In this document: positions 19,782-29,524 of the stretch, piece after piece
Position numbering within the stretch: the first letter of the stretch is position 1
Layout: each line of letters opens with the position of its first letter
Sequence record: OQ743992
Origin: Escherichia phage vB_EfeM_pEP20
Direction: 5' to 3' (one strand)
DNA length: 64,000 bases
Translations under genes and position numbers: made by a program
The notes under the pieces: model-generated
Databases searched by the model: none
The model's input: the letters and a program-made list of their open reading frames with translations, nothing else
Told to the model about the DNA's origin: nothing

Positions 19782-20222
19782 ATGAATACAAAAGCATTAG
19801 CAGCAAAGTTTAGTTACGGTGACACTGTATCACATTCTGAGATGGACACCTTCTTAGGTATTGTGAAGCCAACTTATCAAGGCGACATTGTTAAGTACGA
19901 AGATGAAATGAAGGCTTATGCACTTACACGTCTAAACCGACTTGAGAAGTTTATTGAGAAGCTTCTTAAAGAAGAGAAGATTTATCTGGTTGCTTCAATG
20001 GGTGTTGGTTATCGTGTGGTTGAACCTAAACATCAAGCAACTATTGCAAAACGTAAAATGTCTGGTAAGATTGGTCGAGCTTTAAAGCAAGCCACTCAAG
20101 CTATTGAGAATGTGAACACTATGGAACTTAGCCATCAAGAACGCTCACGACTGATTGAACAGCAAAACCACTTAGCTGCTATGAAAGCTAACATTAACAA
20201 GCAACGTAGAAAACCTTTCTAA
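19782..20222 (+). CDS. hypothetical protein (146 aa)
   Basis: Track ORF 3 nt after the upstream stop. Confidence 0.5.
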   Translation: MNTKALAAKFSYGDTVSHSEMDTFLGIVKPTYQGDIVKYEDEMKAYALTRLNRLEKFIEKLLKEEKIYLVASMGVGYRVVEPKHQATIAKRKMSGKIGRALKQATQAIENVNTMELSHQERSRLIEQQNHLAAMKANINKQRRKPF

Positions 20223-20230
20223 GTTGACTA

Positions 20231-20257
20231 GGTAGCCTCTTCGGAGGCTCCTTTTTA
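20231..20257 (+). terminator. rho-independent terminator
   Basis: Hairpin AGCCTC-TTCG-GAGGCT followed by CTTTTT. Confidence 0.6.
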
Positions 20258-20259
20258 AA

Positions 20260-20520
20260 AGGTCTTTAAACAGGGTCTTTTAATAAGGTGCGGTGCTGTC
20301 CTGTTCTGTAGTGTCTGGTAAGACCTAGTAATGTTCGGTCAGGTATGGGTAGTTAGTCTCAGCTACATTAAAATGAGACTTACATCACTTAAGAGTCTTT
20401 TAAGAGGGTTTTTAAGTGAGGTGTGGCACGGTAATGTTAGGTAGGGTCAGGTCAGGTCAGGTGAGGTAAGGTAAGGTAATGTATGGAAGGATGGCAGTAG
20501 CCTTATAAAAAATCTGCCAA
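20260..20520. repeat. GGT-periodic repeat block R2 (second copy of the R1 module family)
   Basis: Same headers and tails as R1 in swapped order, with GGTCAGGTCAGGTCAGGTGAGGTAAGGTAAGGTAATG. Confidence 0.6.
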
Positions 20521-20537
20521 ATAAGCTATAAAATCTG

Positions 20538-20566
20538 TTGACAAGTCAGGTGTTATAGCCTATTTT
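20538..20566 (+). promoter_or_regulatory. sigma70-like promoter candidate
   Basis: TTGACA (20538-20543), 17-nt spacer, TATTTT; precedes gene at 20611. Confidence 0.35.
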
Positions 20567-20610
20567 TATACTCAATGTAATACAAAATTTAATATAGCTT
20601 TGAGGTTATT

Positions 20611-20994
20611 ATGAAAAAGGTTTTATTAGCCGCTGCAATGGTTATGGCAATGAATTTACCAGTCAATGCAACAGAACTTCCAAATGTAGACTTATCAGGT
20701 GTTCCAGAAGACACTTGTCAGATTGTTAAAGGTGTTGCTTTGGCTAATGGTGAGTTACTTAAACCAATCTCTGAAGAGTCTTTAACAGAGATGACTGACA
20801 AGGTAACTGACTATCAGTATCGTGTTCTTGGAGAGTATTTCCTGCAATCTGCAAATATTAAAGAAAAGCACCATGATGATATTGATGTACAGACTATGCT
20901 TAATCATCGTATTCAGTTTAAAGAAGATTTGATGCAAAAAGCTATGTATGGTGTTGAGTATTTCTTAGAAAACAGAAGCTGCACAGGTATTTGA
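20611..20994 (+). CDS. hypothetical secreted protein (127 aa)
   Basis: N-terminal signal peptide MKKVLLAAAMVMAMNLPVNA. Confidence 0.5.
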   Translation: MKKVLLAAAMVMAMNLPVNATELPNVDLSGVPEDTCQIVKGVALANGELLKPISEESLTEMTDKVTDYQYRVLGEYFLQSANIKEKHHDDIDVQTMLNHRIQFKEDLMQKAMYGVEYFLENRSCTGI

Positions 20995-20995
20995 T

Positions 20996-21208
20996 ATGGC
21001 TCTTAAAAAGTTACATCCCAGAAGCGGTTATGGTAAGATAATTGATGATACAGATGGCTTTACAGTCTTTACAGTTATCTGTCAAGATGATTCACAGATT
21101 GAGAAGACTCTTGATGATTATCTTAACGATGTACGTGAAAAGGTTAGGGCTACAAACATAGATTCATTGATTGACACTTCACGTAAACGGAAGAAGAAAG
21201 ATGAATGA
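20996..21208 (+). CDS. hypothetical protein (70 aa)
   Basis: Track ORF. Confidence 0.4.
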   Translation: MALKKLHPRSGYGKIIDDTDGFTVFTVICQDDSQIEKTLDDYLNDVREKVRATNIDSLIDTSRKRKKKDE

Positions 21209-21500
21209 GGTTTTTGACCCTTATGCTCCACAAGATGGTTGGGAGGCTGACAGAGAGGCTGAAATGGAGAGTTATATTTGTCCAATGGATGTAGACGAAA
21301 TGAGAGATTTCGTTGCACATCGTTTTAAGAGAGAGATTAAATCCAGAGGTCTTTCTCAAGAGCAAGTTGCTAAAATTTGTGGTATCTCTCAGGCTCGTGT
21401 ATCCAACATAATTAATCTCACTGGTAATGTCTCTCTTGAGTTTATGTTGGAAGTATGTGAAAAATTTGGTGTTAATTTTAATTTAAGGCTGGCAGATTAA
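21201..21500 (+). CDS. putative helix-turn-helix DNA-binding protein
   Basis: ATG at 21201; LSQEQVAKICGISQARVSNIIN resembles an XRE-type HTH. Confidence 0.5.
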   Translation: MNEVFDPYAPQDGWEADREAEMESYICPMDVDEMRDFVAHRFKREIKSRGLSQEQVAKICGISQARVSNIINLTGNVSLEFMLEVCEKFGVNFNLRLAD

Positions 21501-21501
21501 T

Positions 21502-21861
21502 ATGAAACGTGAAAACATTATCCACTCTGAAAACTTCGCATTAGGTTTTTATGGTGTACCGACTCACCTTGAAAAGTATTATGGTGTGAAGATTCTTTCC
21601 AATCTCATTATGGCTTACAAAGATGGTAAGATTAAGCATACTGAGAAGAAACGTGTCATGGGTTATATGGCTGTAGGTTCAGCAATCTCTAACATTAAGC
21701 TGGAAACAACTAGCAGTCAGATTGTAAAAGACCACTTCATCAAAGAGCTTTACCAGAATCTTGATGGTGTAGATGTTCAGGCTGTTTGGCTGGATGTTGA
21801 TGGTCACAACTACACAAGTTTCGTTTTCAAAAACGATGACATTAAGTGTCTGTTCCCATAA
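21502..21861 (+). CDS. hypothetical protein (119 aa)
   Basis: Track ORF. Confidence 0.45.
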   Translation: MKRENIIHSENFALGFYGVPTHLEKYYGVKILSNLIMAYKDGKIKHTEKKRVMGYMAVGSAISNIKLETTSSQIVKDHFIKELYQNLDGVDVQAVWLDVDGHNYTSFVFKNDDIKCLFP

Positions 21862-21874
21862 TAGGTGATTAACT

Positions 21875-22390
21875 ATGATTGATATCTACTTACAAGATGC
21901 TCATGCAGATTTCCTTAAAGCGATGCTTAAAAAGTTTATGGCTTCACAGTATGAGAATGAAGCATCTTTTAAAATAGTTACATGTGGCGATGAAGCTGGT
22001 TTTGTTGAGATTGAACATGAAGGTTCTGGAAAGACTGTTTGTAAGTTACCGGATAGCATGTTCTCTAGCACATTCTTAACAAAGAATAGCATAAATGTTA
22101 AGCTTGTGCCTCAGATTGAAACATACTCTGGTACAGATTACCCTAAAGGTTTTAAGTCACTGATGAAGTACTTCTTAGATGTCTTTGTGAGTAATCTTCT
22201 GAGAGAGGTAAAAGAAAGTCGTACAGTGTTGACTGTAGAGAATATGGGAGGCACTATTAGGGTTACTTCTGACTGTTTTGTTATGAGCCTCTTCGACTTC
22301 GTTCCTAAGAACTTTGATGGTATTCTGGATGAAGAAGACGACTGTGTAGACTTTATATTGGTTCTTGAGCCAGTTTTTGAGGTTAAATAG
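21875..22390 (+). CDS. hypothetical protein (171 aa)
   Basis: Track ORF. Confidence 0.45.
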   Translation: MIDIYLQDAHADFLKAMLKKFMASQYENEASFKIVTCGDEAGFVEIEHEGSGKTVCKLPDSMFSSTFLTKNSINVKLVPQIETYSGTDYPKGFKSLMKYFLDVFVSNLLREVKESRTVLTVENMGGTIRVTSDCFVMSLFDFVPKNFDGILDEEDDCVDFILVLEPVFEVK

Positions 22391-22651
22391 ATGAAAATTG
22401 AACACTGCTATGAGTCTGATGGAACACCTATCCGTTGTCCACATTGTGGATGTACAGACTTGCAAGGTGAGGTAAGTGAAATAGTAAACGGTCATATCGC
22501 TGAAGAGAGTACAAGGTGTACAGGGTGTAATGAAATTATCGCTTTCTGGGCCTATGGTTCATACCAACCGTCTCCACATTTTATCTACCATCGTAGTAAA
22601 GCTGTGAAGATTGTTATCAACTGGTTTATTAAGAAAGGATTTACAAAATGA
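22391..22651 (+). CDS. hypothetical zinc-ribbon protein (86 aa)
   Basis: CPHCGC ... CTGCN cysteine pairs. Confidence 0.45.
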   Translation: MKIEHCYESDGTPIRCPHCGCTDLQGEVSEIVNGHIAEESTRCTGCNEIIAFWAYGSYQPSPHFIYHRSKAVKIVINWFIKKGFTK

Positions 22652-23193
22652 TTAAATTAATCTTTGCAAGTGGTGAAAATGGGGAGTTTGGTACTCCAAC
22701 TGGTATGCCGTGGCCTAGACATAAACAGGACATGCAAGAATTTAAGAGACTCACTAAAAACAACTTAGTGGTAATGGGTAATGAGACTTTTAAGACTCTG
22801 GGTAGTAAACCTTTACCAGAACGTGCAAACCTAATCTTAACAAACTCTGTACCATACTTAGGTATAGACTTTGGCAAAGATGATGTAATGTATGCTAAGA
22901 CCAGTAAAGAGTCTTTTGGAGCATTTTTGAAGTATCTTGACAGCTCTATTGATGAAGATGTCTTTGTAATTGGTGGTGCAGGTATCCTTGTCAATGCTTT
23001 ACCGTATGCTGATGTAGTGTTCCATACAGTTTTCCATAAAGTTACTGAAGAGGCCACTGTTCATTTACCTTTTGAAAACTTCTTTGAAAAGTTGTATGAT
23101 AACCGTGTATTTACAAAGGTACAGTCAAAACCATCAGAGGATGGTAAAGCAACTTTTGAAATTTATGTTCCACAAGTAAAAGGACACTTTTGA
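22648..23193 (+). CDS. dihydrofolate reductase
   Basis: 181 aa with DHFR signatures (GMPW, VVMGNETFKTL, VIGGAGIL). Confidence 0.8.
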   Translation: MIKLIFASGENGEFGTPTGMPWPRHKQDMQEFKRLTKNNLVVMGNETFKTLGSKPLPERANLILTNSVPYLGIDFGKDDVMYAKTSKESFGAFLKYLDSSIDEDVFVIGGAGILVNALPYADVVFHTVFHKVTEEATVHLPFENFFEKLYDNRVFTKVQSKPSEDGKATFEIYVPQVKGHF

Positions 23194-23194
23194 T

Positions 23195-24094
23195 ATGTCA
23201 CAAGCAGATTCAAGTTATAAAAATATCCTGAACCATGTTTTATCAGTTGGTGAACTGCGTACTACACGAACTGGAGATGTTATCTCTGCATTTGCTCCAC
23301 CTCAGTTTCGTTTTGATATGCGAACTGGTTTCCCGCTCTTAACATCTAAACAGGTGTTTACACGGCAAGTTATTGGGGAAGCTCTATGGTTCCTGAACGG
23401 TGAGAATAAGCTGGGTGAACTTCGTTACCGTACTTGGGGTGAAAATGACGGAGAACGCTGGACTATCTGGTCAGATGATTTTAAACGCTGGTTAAGCTCT
23501 AACTATTCTTCTGAACAAGATTGGTTAGAGGATGCAGGTGGAAGAATCTACGGAGTTCAGTGGAGAAACTTTGAAGGTCATAATGGTTGTGTTGTAGACC
23601 AGTTAGAGACCTTAGTAACGAAGATGAAGGGTGATATCACAGACCGTTACATGCTTGTTAATGCTTGGAATGCAGCAGATATTGCAGCAAACTTAATGGC
23701 TCTAGCACCTTGTCATGTTCTGTTTCAGATTTATATCACTAACGAGGGTGAAGTTGACTTACAATGGTATCAGCGTTCTGTAGACACCTTTTTAGGACTT
23801 CCGTTTAATATTGCATCTTATGGATTTATTCTGGAAGTTCTTTGTAAGATGACTGGATACACTCCACGGTACTTGATAGGTGTTTTTGGAGATACTCAGA
23901 TTTATCAGAATCATATGAAGCAGGTTTATGAACTGATGAACAATGAAGAGTTTCATGCACCGACTTTTGAGATTGGTTTACAGCTTAACACTTTAAGTGA
24001 CTTAAAACATCTCACTGCAAGTGACTTTATCGGTGGTATTAACAATTACCAACATGCAGGAAAGATTGAAGCACCTTTGTCAGTAGGTAAATAA
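23195..24094 (+). CDS. thyA: thymidylate synthase
   Basis: 299 aa with RTGDVISAF, ALAPCHVLFQIYI (active-site Cys) and DTFLGLPFNIASYG. Confidence 0.85.
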   Translation: MSQADSSYKNILNHVLSVGELRTTRTGDVISAFAPPQFRFDMRTGFPLLTSKQVFTRQVIGEALWFLNGENKLGELRYRTWGENDGERWTIWSDDFKRWLSSNYSSEQDWLEDAGGRIYGVQWRNFEGHNGCVVDQLETLVTKMKGDITDRYMLVNAWNAADIAANLMALAPCHVLFQIYITNEGEVDLQWYQRSVDTFLGLPFNIASYGFILEVLCKMTGYTPRYLIGVFGDTQIYQNHMKQVYELMNNEEFHAPTFEIGLQLNTLSDLKHLTASDFIGGINNYQHAGKIEAPLSVGK

Positions 24095-24096
24095 AA

Positions 24097-24132
24097 CAAA
24101 AAAAAAAAAAAGGCTCCCGTAAAAAGGAGCCT
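24097..24132. terminator. bidirectional rho-independent terminator between convergent blocks
   Basis: A14 run, then hairpin AGGCTCC-CGTAAAAA-GGAGCCT; read from the minus strand the hairpin is followed by a long T run. Confidence 0.65.
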
Positions 24133-24138
24133 TAAACT

Positions 24139-24510
24139 TTACTTTTCAGTATTCTTTGTGTTCTTTTCAGTAATAGCTTGGAGAGCTGATACTGATTGAG
24201 CCAGATTGTTCACACTATCAGAGAATTTATCAAGAGTCTTAGTAAGTTTTGCGTTCTCACCCTTAACATTCTCTAACTGAACTTTCTGGTTCTCCATCCC
24301 TAGCTGAAGCAGCCTCATATCAGACTGTAAATCACGAATAGCTGAATAATTACTTTTGGAATAATTATCTAACTGCTGTAACTTTGTTGTGATAGACACT
24401 TCTTGTTTACCATCCGAAACTTGCATGGTGGTATACATCCCAATAACACTAAAAATACCAACTACAATTGCACCAATATTATTTTTAAAAGCTTCCTCTA
24501 GCCACTTCAT
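24139..24510 (-). CDS. hypothetical membrane-anchored coiled-coil protein (123 aa)
   Basis: N-terminal hydrophobic segment then coiled coil; function not assignable. Confidence 0.45.
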   Translation of the reverse strand: MKWLEEAFKNNIGAIVVGIFSVIGMYTTMQVSDGKQEVSITTKLQQLDNYSKSNYSAIRDLQSDMRLLQLGMENQKVQLENVKGENAKLTKTLDKFSDSVNNLAQSVSALQAITEKNTKNTEK

Positions 24511-24704
24511 TTATTCTCCCCCTTAAAAGCTTTTTCTAAGTTATCTACGAACTCATCATCAATAGGTGTGTCTGTTTTACTAGCAAGATATCTTGCAAGC
24601 CTAAAGAACACTTTCTCAATCATGTATTCACTTAGAAGGGATAAAATGAGTTTCCAGAAGAAGCTACCTAGATTTTTTAGAAGAATTGCTAGGATTGTAG
24701 GCAT
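24507..24704 (-). CDS. hypothetical small membrane protein (65 aa)
   Basis: Hydrophobic N-terminal segment. Confidence 0.4.
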   Translation of the reverse strand: MPTILAILLKNLGSFFWKLILSLLSEYMIEKVFFRLARYLASKTDTPIDDEFVDNLEKAFKGENK

Positions 24705-24783
24705 TTAATCACCTCATCAGCCAAGATGGTGAGAATACCCATAAAGAATATTAACACCATCTTAACAATCAGTCAACAAGGGA

Positions 24784-27141
24784 TTAAGCAGTTCTTACCC
24801 AAGCCATTAACTTATAGAACTGGTTAGTAACACTAAATGCTGAACCAGAACCAGTACCACCTGTGTTACCGCTAACTGTGTGGCTGTGAGCACCAATACC
24901 AACAGTGTGCGCGTGGTTGCCAGTTGTGTTGGTTACACCTGTCCAAGTTCTTGACGCGTGGAAATCAGCAGCAGCACCGTAAGTGAAGTCAGAGCCTGTG
25001 AAGCCATGTGAAGCCTGAGCACTACCCATCTGAAACGCACCGCCCGCAGTGTAGAATGCACTGTTATCACTTCTGAACCAACCAACCACACCAGAAATCT
25101 CCATGTTACCTCTATCGTGAGCATGGTTGCCAGTCGTATTTGTCGCCTTAGTACCATAATCAAATGATGAAGTGGTAGAAGAGAAACTATGCGTGTGTGA
25201 AGGTAAGTTACCAACAGATAACGTTACAGAGTCTGAACCCCCAGTTGTAGCAACATCTGAACCGTTTGCTGCTGCAATTCTAATAGTTCTACCAACACCA
25301 TTATTCAGGTACGTCCAAGTTAGACCAGGAAGTGCTGTATTAGGGTTAACATTACTGTTAAACCACGTCACAATACCTACTGGATAGATTTTATTCAGGT
25401 CTGTAGAGTTACTAATTGCTTCTGCAATCTTCTGGTCAGTTTCAGCTTTAGTGTATGCACCAATCTCTGAAGGGGTAGGTTTCTGAGCTTCAGTGTAAAC
25501 CTTAGACCATTCAACCTCAAAGCCAAGTGTGTCTCTGGCTGACCTGTACCACATCCCACCATTTTTCGATTCAAATCTTAATTGTGCAGATGGTGTTAGA
25601 GCTTTCGCATTAGAGGCCATGTGCAAGACTAAACGGTTTTGCCCGCTAGATTTTGTCTCAAGATAGATTCCTGAGGGTTGGTCCCAAGCCACACCACCAG
25701 CAGCCTCGGTCTTCGAAGCTCTGAATGCTGACCAGAAATACTTTGAATCGGCTTCGGCTTTACCGTAATACCTTGCATCAAAGTTTGTGAAGTTGCTAGG
25801 TTGTACTTGACCACCAATTACTAAGTTTGCATTAATTGATACTTCGGAACCAATGCTTAGGCTTTTACCAGTTTTATAGTTATACAAACTAACAGTGTCA
25901 CTACCGTCGTCATTGCCAACATACCACCTATTCGTTCCATCATAATCCTTACCCCTAATGTAAAGTGCGGCGGTTGATTTTCCTTGTAACACGAGAGCTT
26001 CACCATTAGTGTTAATAACCTGCTTTGCAGTGAACGTGTTACTTCCATTAGTTCTTGCAATCGTACTTAATGTTGCTGCCGGAATATATCTAGAGTCGAT
26101 GTTAGCCCAATCTGAAGGTTGAACTTGACCAGTGATTCTGACATTTTTATTTGCTGATACTCCAGCAGCATCTAAGACCAAAGAGGTGTTAGTGGTGTAG
26201 TTGTAGATAGTTACACCATCACCTGAGCTACCTTTACCAAAATACCATAAGTTCCCGCCTTCATAATCTTTTGCAAGTAGATACAGGGATTCGTTTGCTG
26301 ATGCACATTGCAATGTGATAGCAGCAGCATTCGAGATAACACTCATAGTCCTAAATGTATTAGCACCTGTAAAAGTGTTATTACCAGCTAACTGTGCAAA
26401 TCTCTGATTAGCGACTGTCTGAGTAAAGTATCTAGCATCTAAGTTAGAGAAATCTGAAGGTTGGACTTGACCAGTGATTCTAAGTGACTTATTAAATGCT
26501 GCTGTTGCATCAAGGGTTAACATTGCACCAGTAGCATGATTGTACAAATATACATTAGTACTGTTTGCATTTCCCTGTCCAACATACCAAGTTTGCTGGT
26601 TATTAGAATCTCTACCTTGAATATATGAAGCACCTGCATTGGTTGCCTTCTTAAGAGTTAACTGCTCACCATCAGTTACGATTGCTTGCCTAATGCTGAA
26701 GTTATTTGTGACAGCAAGCCTTGCATATCTTGCATCATTCTCTTCATTAGTTCTCATACCAAGTTCATTAGGGCTTGGTTTATTCAAAGTATGATAAACA
26801 GTTGCCGACCTTGAAGCATCTGCAATAGTGAGTTTAAGACCATTTGAGTTAATTTTAAAAGTCTTTAAAATATCCCCAATAGTAATCTCAGAAGAATCTG
26901 TTGGGTCAAATACAGCCTTACCACCGTAAAGTAACTTGACAATACCTAAATCCCCCGTCATAGTGCTCCCAGCAATCTGAACAAACCTTTCTAGTTTGAA
27001 GGAAGCTAAGAAGTCTTGATAGGTCATTCTACGGTCTTCGTCGCCCAACATTTCAGGTCTTTTCTTAACTCTGATGTGCAATAGGTCTTCTGAACGAATT
27101 GTGTCGATTGAGTTTAATTGACTCAATTTGTAATCTGCCAT
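24784..27141 (-). CDS. tail fiber protein with three internal repeats and His-box C-terminal domain
   Basis: 785 aa; about 80-aa triplicated repeat (..LYNxxTGxxL...RITGQVQPSDxxNxDxRY); C-terminal GNHAH/GAHSH boxes. Confidence 0.7.
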   Translation of the reverse strand: MADYKLSQLNSIDTIRSEDLLHIRVKKRPEMLGDEDRRMTYQDFLASFKLERFVQIAGSTMTGDLGIVKLLYGGKAVFDPTDSSEITIGDILKTFKINSNGLKLTIADASRSATVYHTLNKPSPNELGMRTNEENDARYARLAVTNNFSIRQAIVTDGEQLTLKKATNAGASYIQGRDSNNQQTWYVGQGNANSTNVYLYNHATGAMLTLDATAAFNKSLRITGQVQPSDFSNLDARYFTQTVANQRFAQLAGNNTFTGANTFRTMSVISNAAAITLQCASANESLYLLAKDYEGGNLWYFGKGSSGDGVTIYNYTTNTSLVLDAAGVSANKNVRITGQVQPSDWANIDSRYIPAATLSTIARTNGSNTFTAKQVINTNGEALVLQGKSTAALYIRGKDYDGTNRWYVGNDDGSDTVSLYNYKTGKSLSIGSEVSINANLVIGGQVQPSNFTNFDARYYGKAEADSKYFWSAFRASKTEAAGGVAWDQPSGIYLETKSSGQNRLVLHMASNAKALTPSAQLRFESKNGGMWYRSARDTLGFEVEWSKVYTEAQKPTPSEIGAYTKAETDQKIAEAISNSTDLNKIYPVGIVTWFNSNVNPNTALPGLTWTYLNNGVGRTIRIAAANGSDVATTGGSDSVTLSVGNLPSHTHSFSSTTSSFDYGTKATNTTGNHAHDRGNMEISGVVGWFRSDNSAFYTAGGAFQMGSAQASHGFTGSDFTYGAAADFHASRTWTGVTNTTGNHAHTVGIGAHSHTVSGNTGGTGSGSAFSVTNQFYKLMAWVRTA

Positions 27142-27187
27142 TATAAATTTTCCTCTTAAAAGGGGCTACAAAGCCCCTGTAAAGAAA

Positions 27188-28363
27188 TTAAGCTGTTCTC
27201 TGCCATACATATACGACAAAAGATGGCTGCTCAACACTGAAAGCTTGACCACCACCCACAGAACCAGATGTCCCTGAGTGTGTATGTTCAGAGTTAGAGA
27301 CAGTAACAGTACCCGTATGACTGTGTGAACCAATATTAACAGTGTGGCTATGAGCACCAATTGCAACAGTATGGCTATGAGCACCAGATGATGCAGTTGT
27401 GCCTGAGAAGCTATGGGTGTGAGCACCTGCTAAATCAGTATAAATATTATTATCAATCCCAGCATAAGCAGATGCAGTAATAGCATTTGACCCACTTCTA
27501 TCATTACCCCTCAGTGGTACTCTATGGTTATGGTTACCATCATTACTTGTCGTGCCGCTAAACGTATGAGTGTGAGCACCAGCACTATTAGTCGTTTTTG
27601 TACCGTAATCAAAAGTTGATGTACTTTTTGAACCATAATCAAAACTAGAGATAGATACGCTTGCAGAGTGTGTGTGACCACCACCTGTTAGATAGATAGA
27701 GTGAGTATGTGCTGGTAAATTATTATTTGTTAATGCTACAGTCTGAGAACCAAACGTTGAACCAACAGGTCTAGAATCTGTATCATAACCAACTAGTGCT
27801 CTACCTTTAGAAACTAACTCCCAAGTACCTCCACAAAGCAAGTAAGTGGATGGGTTAGCAGAGTTAACAGATAGATGAATAGTCCCTACTGGATATGATG
27901 CTTGAATAGCTTTGTATAAATTATTCACTGCTCTCGCGGTAGCGTACTTATCAGCATCTTCGTTGTACAGGTTAGATGTTGTCCAGTTCTGAACATTACT
28001 TAAACCGACCTGTGCTTTAGTTGTATTGTGTGGGTTACTTTTGTCGTCAATATGCTGCTGAATTAAGTTATTCACTTCATCTGACGACATAATTTGTAGA
28101 TTAGCTCTTGCCTCAGCAACATTTACAATGTCTGACAAGTTATTAGCTGCAACTAATTGAAGAGAGTTAATAACATTATCAAGACCTACTTGTGATTTAG
28201 TTACACCATGAGGGTTATTCCTCAAAGATGCGTGAGGTGATAACAACTGTTCAAGCGTACATCTTTTATCCTCAACACCTTGCTTAAGATGGAAGATATC
28301 ACTCAAATCAATTGGTAAGGCCGCTTGTGGCAAGGCACTAATTTGAATTTCACCTACTGCCAT
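27188..28363 (-). CDS. tail fiber protein (paralogous His-box C-terminal domain)
   Basis: 391 aa; dense HTHS/HSHT boxes toward the C-terminus and the same terminal ...AFSV...RTA as the larger fiber. Confidence 0.7.
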   Translation of the reverse strand: MAVGEIQISALPQAALPIDLSDIFHLKQGVEDKRCTLEQLLSPHASLRNNPHGVTKSQVGLDNVINSLQLVAANNLSDIVNVAEARANLQIMSSDEVNNLIQQHIDDKSNPHNTTKAQVGLSNVQNWTTSNLYNEDADKYATARAVNNLYKAIQASYPVGTIHLSVNSANPSTYLLCGGTWELVSKGRALVGYDTDSRPVGSTFGSQTVALTNNNLPAHTHSIYLTGGGHTHSASVSISSFDYGSKSTSTFDYGTKTTNSAGAHTHTFSGTTSNDGNHNHRVPLRGNDRSGSNAITASAYAGIDNNIYTDLAGAHTHSFSGTTASSGAHSHTVAIGAHSHTVNIGSHSHTGTVTVSNSEHTHSGTSGSVGGGQAFSVEQPSFVVYVWQRTA

Positions 28364-28365
28364 TA

Positions 28366-28668
28366 TTAAGCTCCTACATATTCATATGTGTAAAGGTTTC
28401 TTGTACTTGTTGATGCAGTCCCAGTCTCAGACTTAATCAGATTCCAGCCATTAGCCACTAAATCTGGTTGCTCGGTTGCATATGAGCGAACTTCACCAAC
28501 AGTGCCATTTACTTTATTCAGCAGGTAGTTGATAATATAGTTGAACCACTGTCTACCCATAGGCTCACCCTTTAAAAGACCTGTCTCTTGAATTTCTGGT
28601 GGTGGTAAAACTTTTAACTGATTACCATCAGTATCCACTTCATTTGTAGACCAATTTAAAACTGCCAT
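28366..28668 (-). CDS. hypothetical tail protein (100 aa)
   Basis: Position in the tail module. Confidence 0.45.
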   Translation of the reverse strand: MAVLNWSTNEVDTDGNQLKVLPPPEIQETGLLKGEPMGRQWFNYIINYLLNKVNGTVGEVRSYATEQPDLVANGWNLIKSETGTASTSTRNLYTYEYVGA

Positions 28669-29522
28669 TAAGAATTTCCTTCTTGTTGTGATTTATCTTT
28701 TCTGCCTTTGACAATTTGTGCAACCTCAGCCATGATTCCATATGCACCACCTGCAACAGCTTCTTTACCAACGATGAAATATCCACTATTATTAGACCTA
28801 TCTACAGTCATGTAATCATCACTCTGTGAGTTTGCTGTTCTGTCAACCTTAAAGTAACCATCAATAACACCAGTATCTGCAAGACTACCTACTAAGTTAG
28901 ACTCCAGAGAGCCACCAGCGTTATTTGTGACAAGACCTCTGTTAGCATCAGTTACAAACCAGTTCTCTTTATCATCCACAATAGCAAGTGCTGAATCAGC
29001 AACCTCTACAGGTGTCCAAGCAGTCCCCTTTAAAGTAACATCTCTTAAGATAACAGCAGAACCAGTGGTTGTTGCAGAAATCTTTGATAGCGTATATGCA
29101 GCATCAAGAACGTTTTTTCTGGTGTTAATACGGATAACGATACCACCAGTCTTAGGAGTAATATGCTCAAAAATCTGAGAGAAAGTTGCACCATATAGCG
29201 TCATAATTGCTTTTTGCAAGAATGTTGGAGTAGTGTCAGAGCGTCTTAGGAAGATTTGGATATAAAGCATAGCTCTATATGTTTCATCATCAGCACCTAA
29301 AGGTCTAGGAACTTTAATCAGTGAGCCAATATTATCAAGTTGTTGGCCTACTGACGTCCTAATATTTCTCTCTGTGTGCATCTGCCAGCAAACATCCTCT
29401 AATGTTTGTAACTCATCAGTGATTGCTTTCAAGATACTTGTGTAGATAAACTTATCTTTAAACTGTGTTACAGTTCGTTCATCAAGTGTTTTGTAATAAA
29501 CACTATCAATCTTTTCAAACAT
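28668..29522 (-). CDS. hypothetical tail/baseplate protein (284 aa)
   Basis: Position in the tail module. Confidence 0.5.
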   Translation of the reverse strand: MFEKIDSVYYKTLDERTVTQFKDKFIYTSILKAITDELQTLEDVCWQMHTERNIRTSVGQQLDNIGSLIKVPRPLGADDETYRAMLYIQIFLRRSDTTPTFLQKAIMTLYGATFSQIFEHITPKTGGIVIRINTRKNVLDAAYTLSKISATTTGSAVILRDVTLKGTAWTPVEVADSALAIVDDKENWFVTDANRGLVTNNAGGSLESNLVGSLADTGVIDGYFKVDRTANSQSDDYMTVDRSNNSGYFIVGKEAVAGGAYGIMAEVAQIVKGRKDKSQQEGNS

Positions 29523-29524
29523 TA

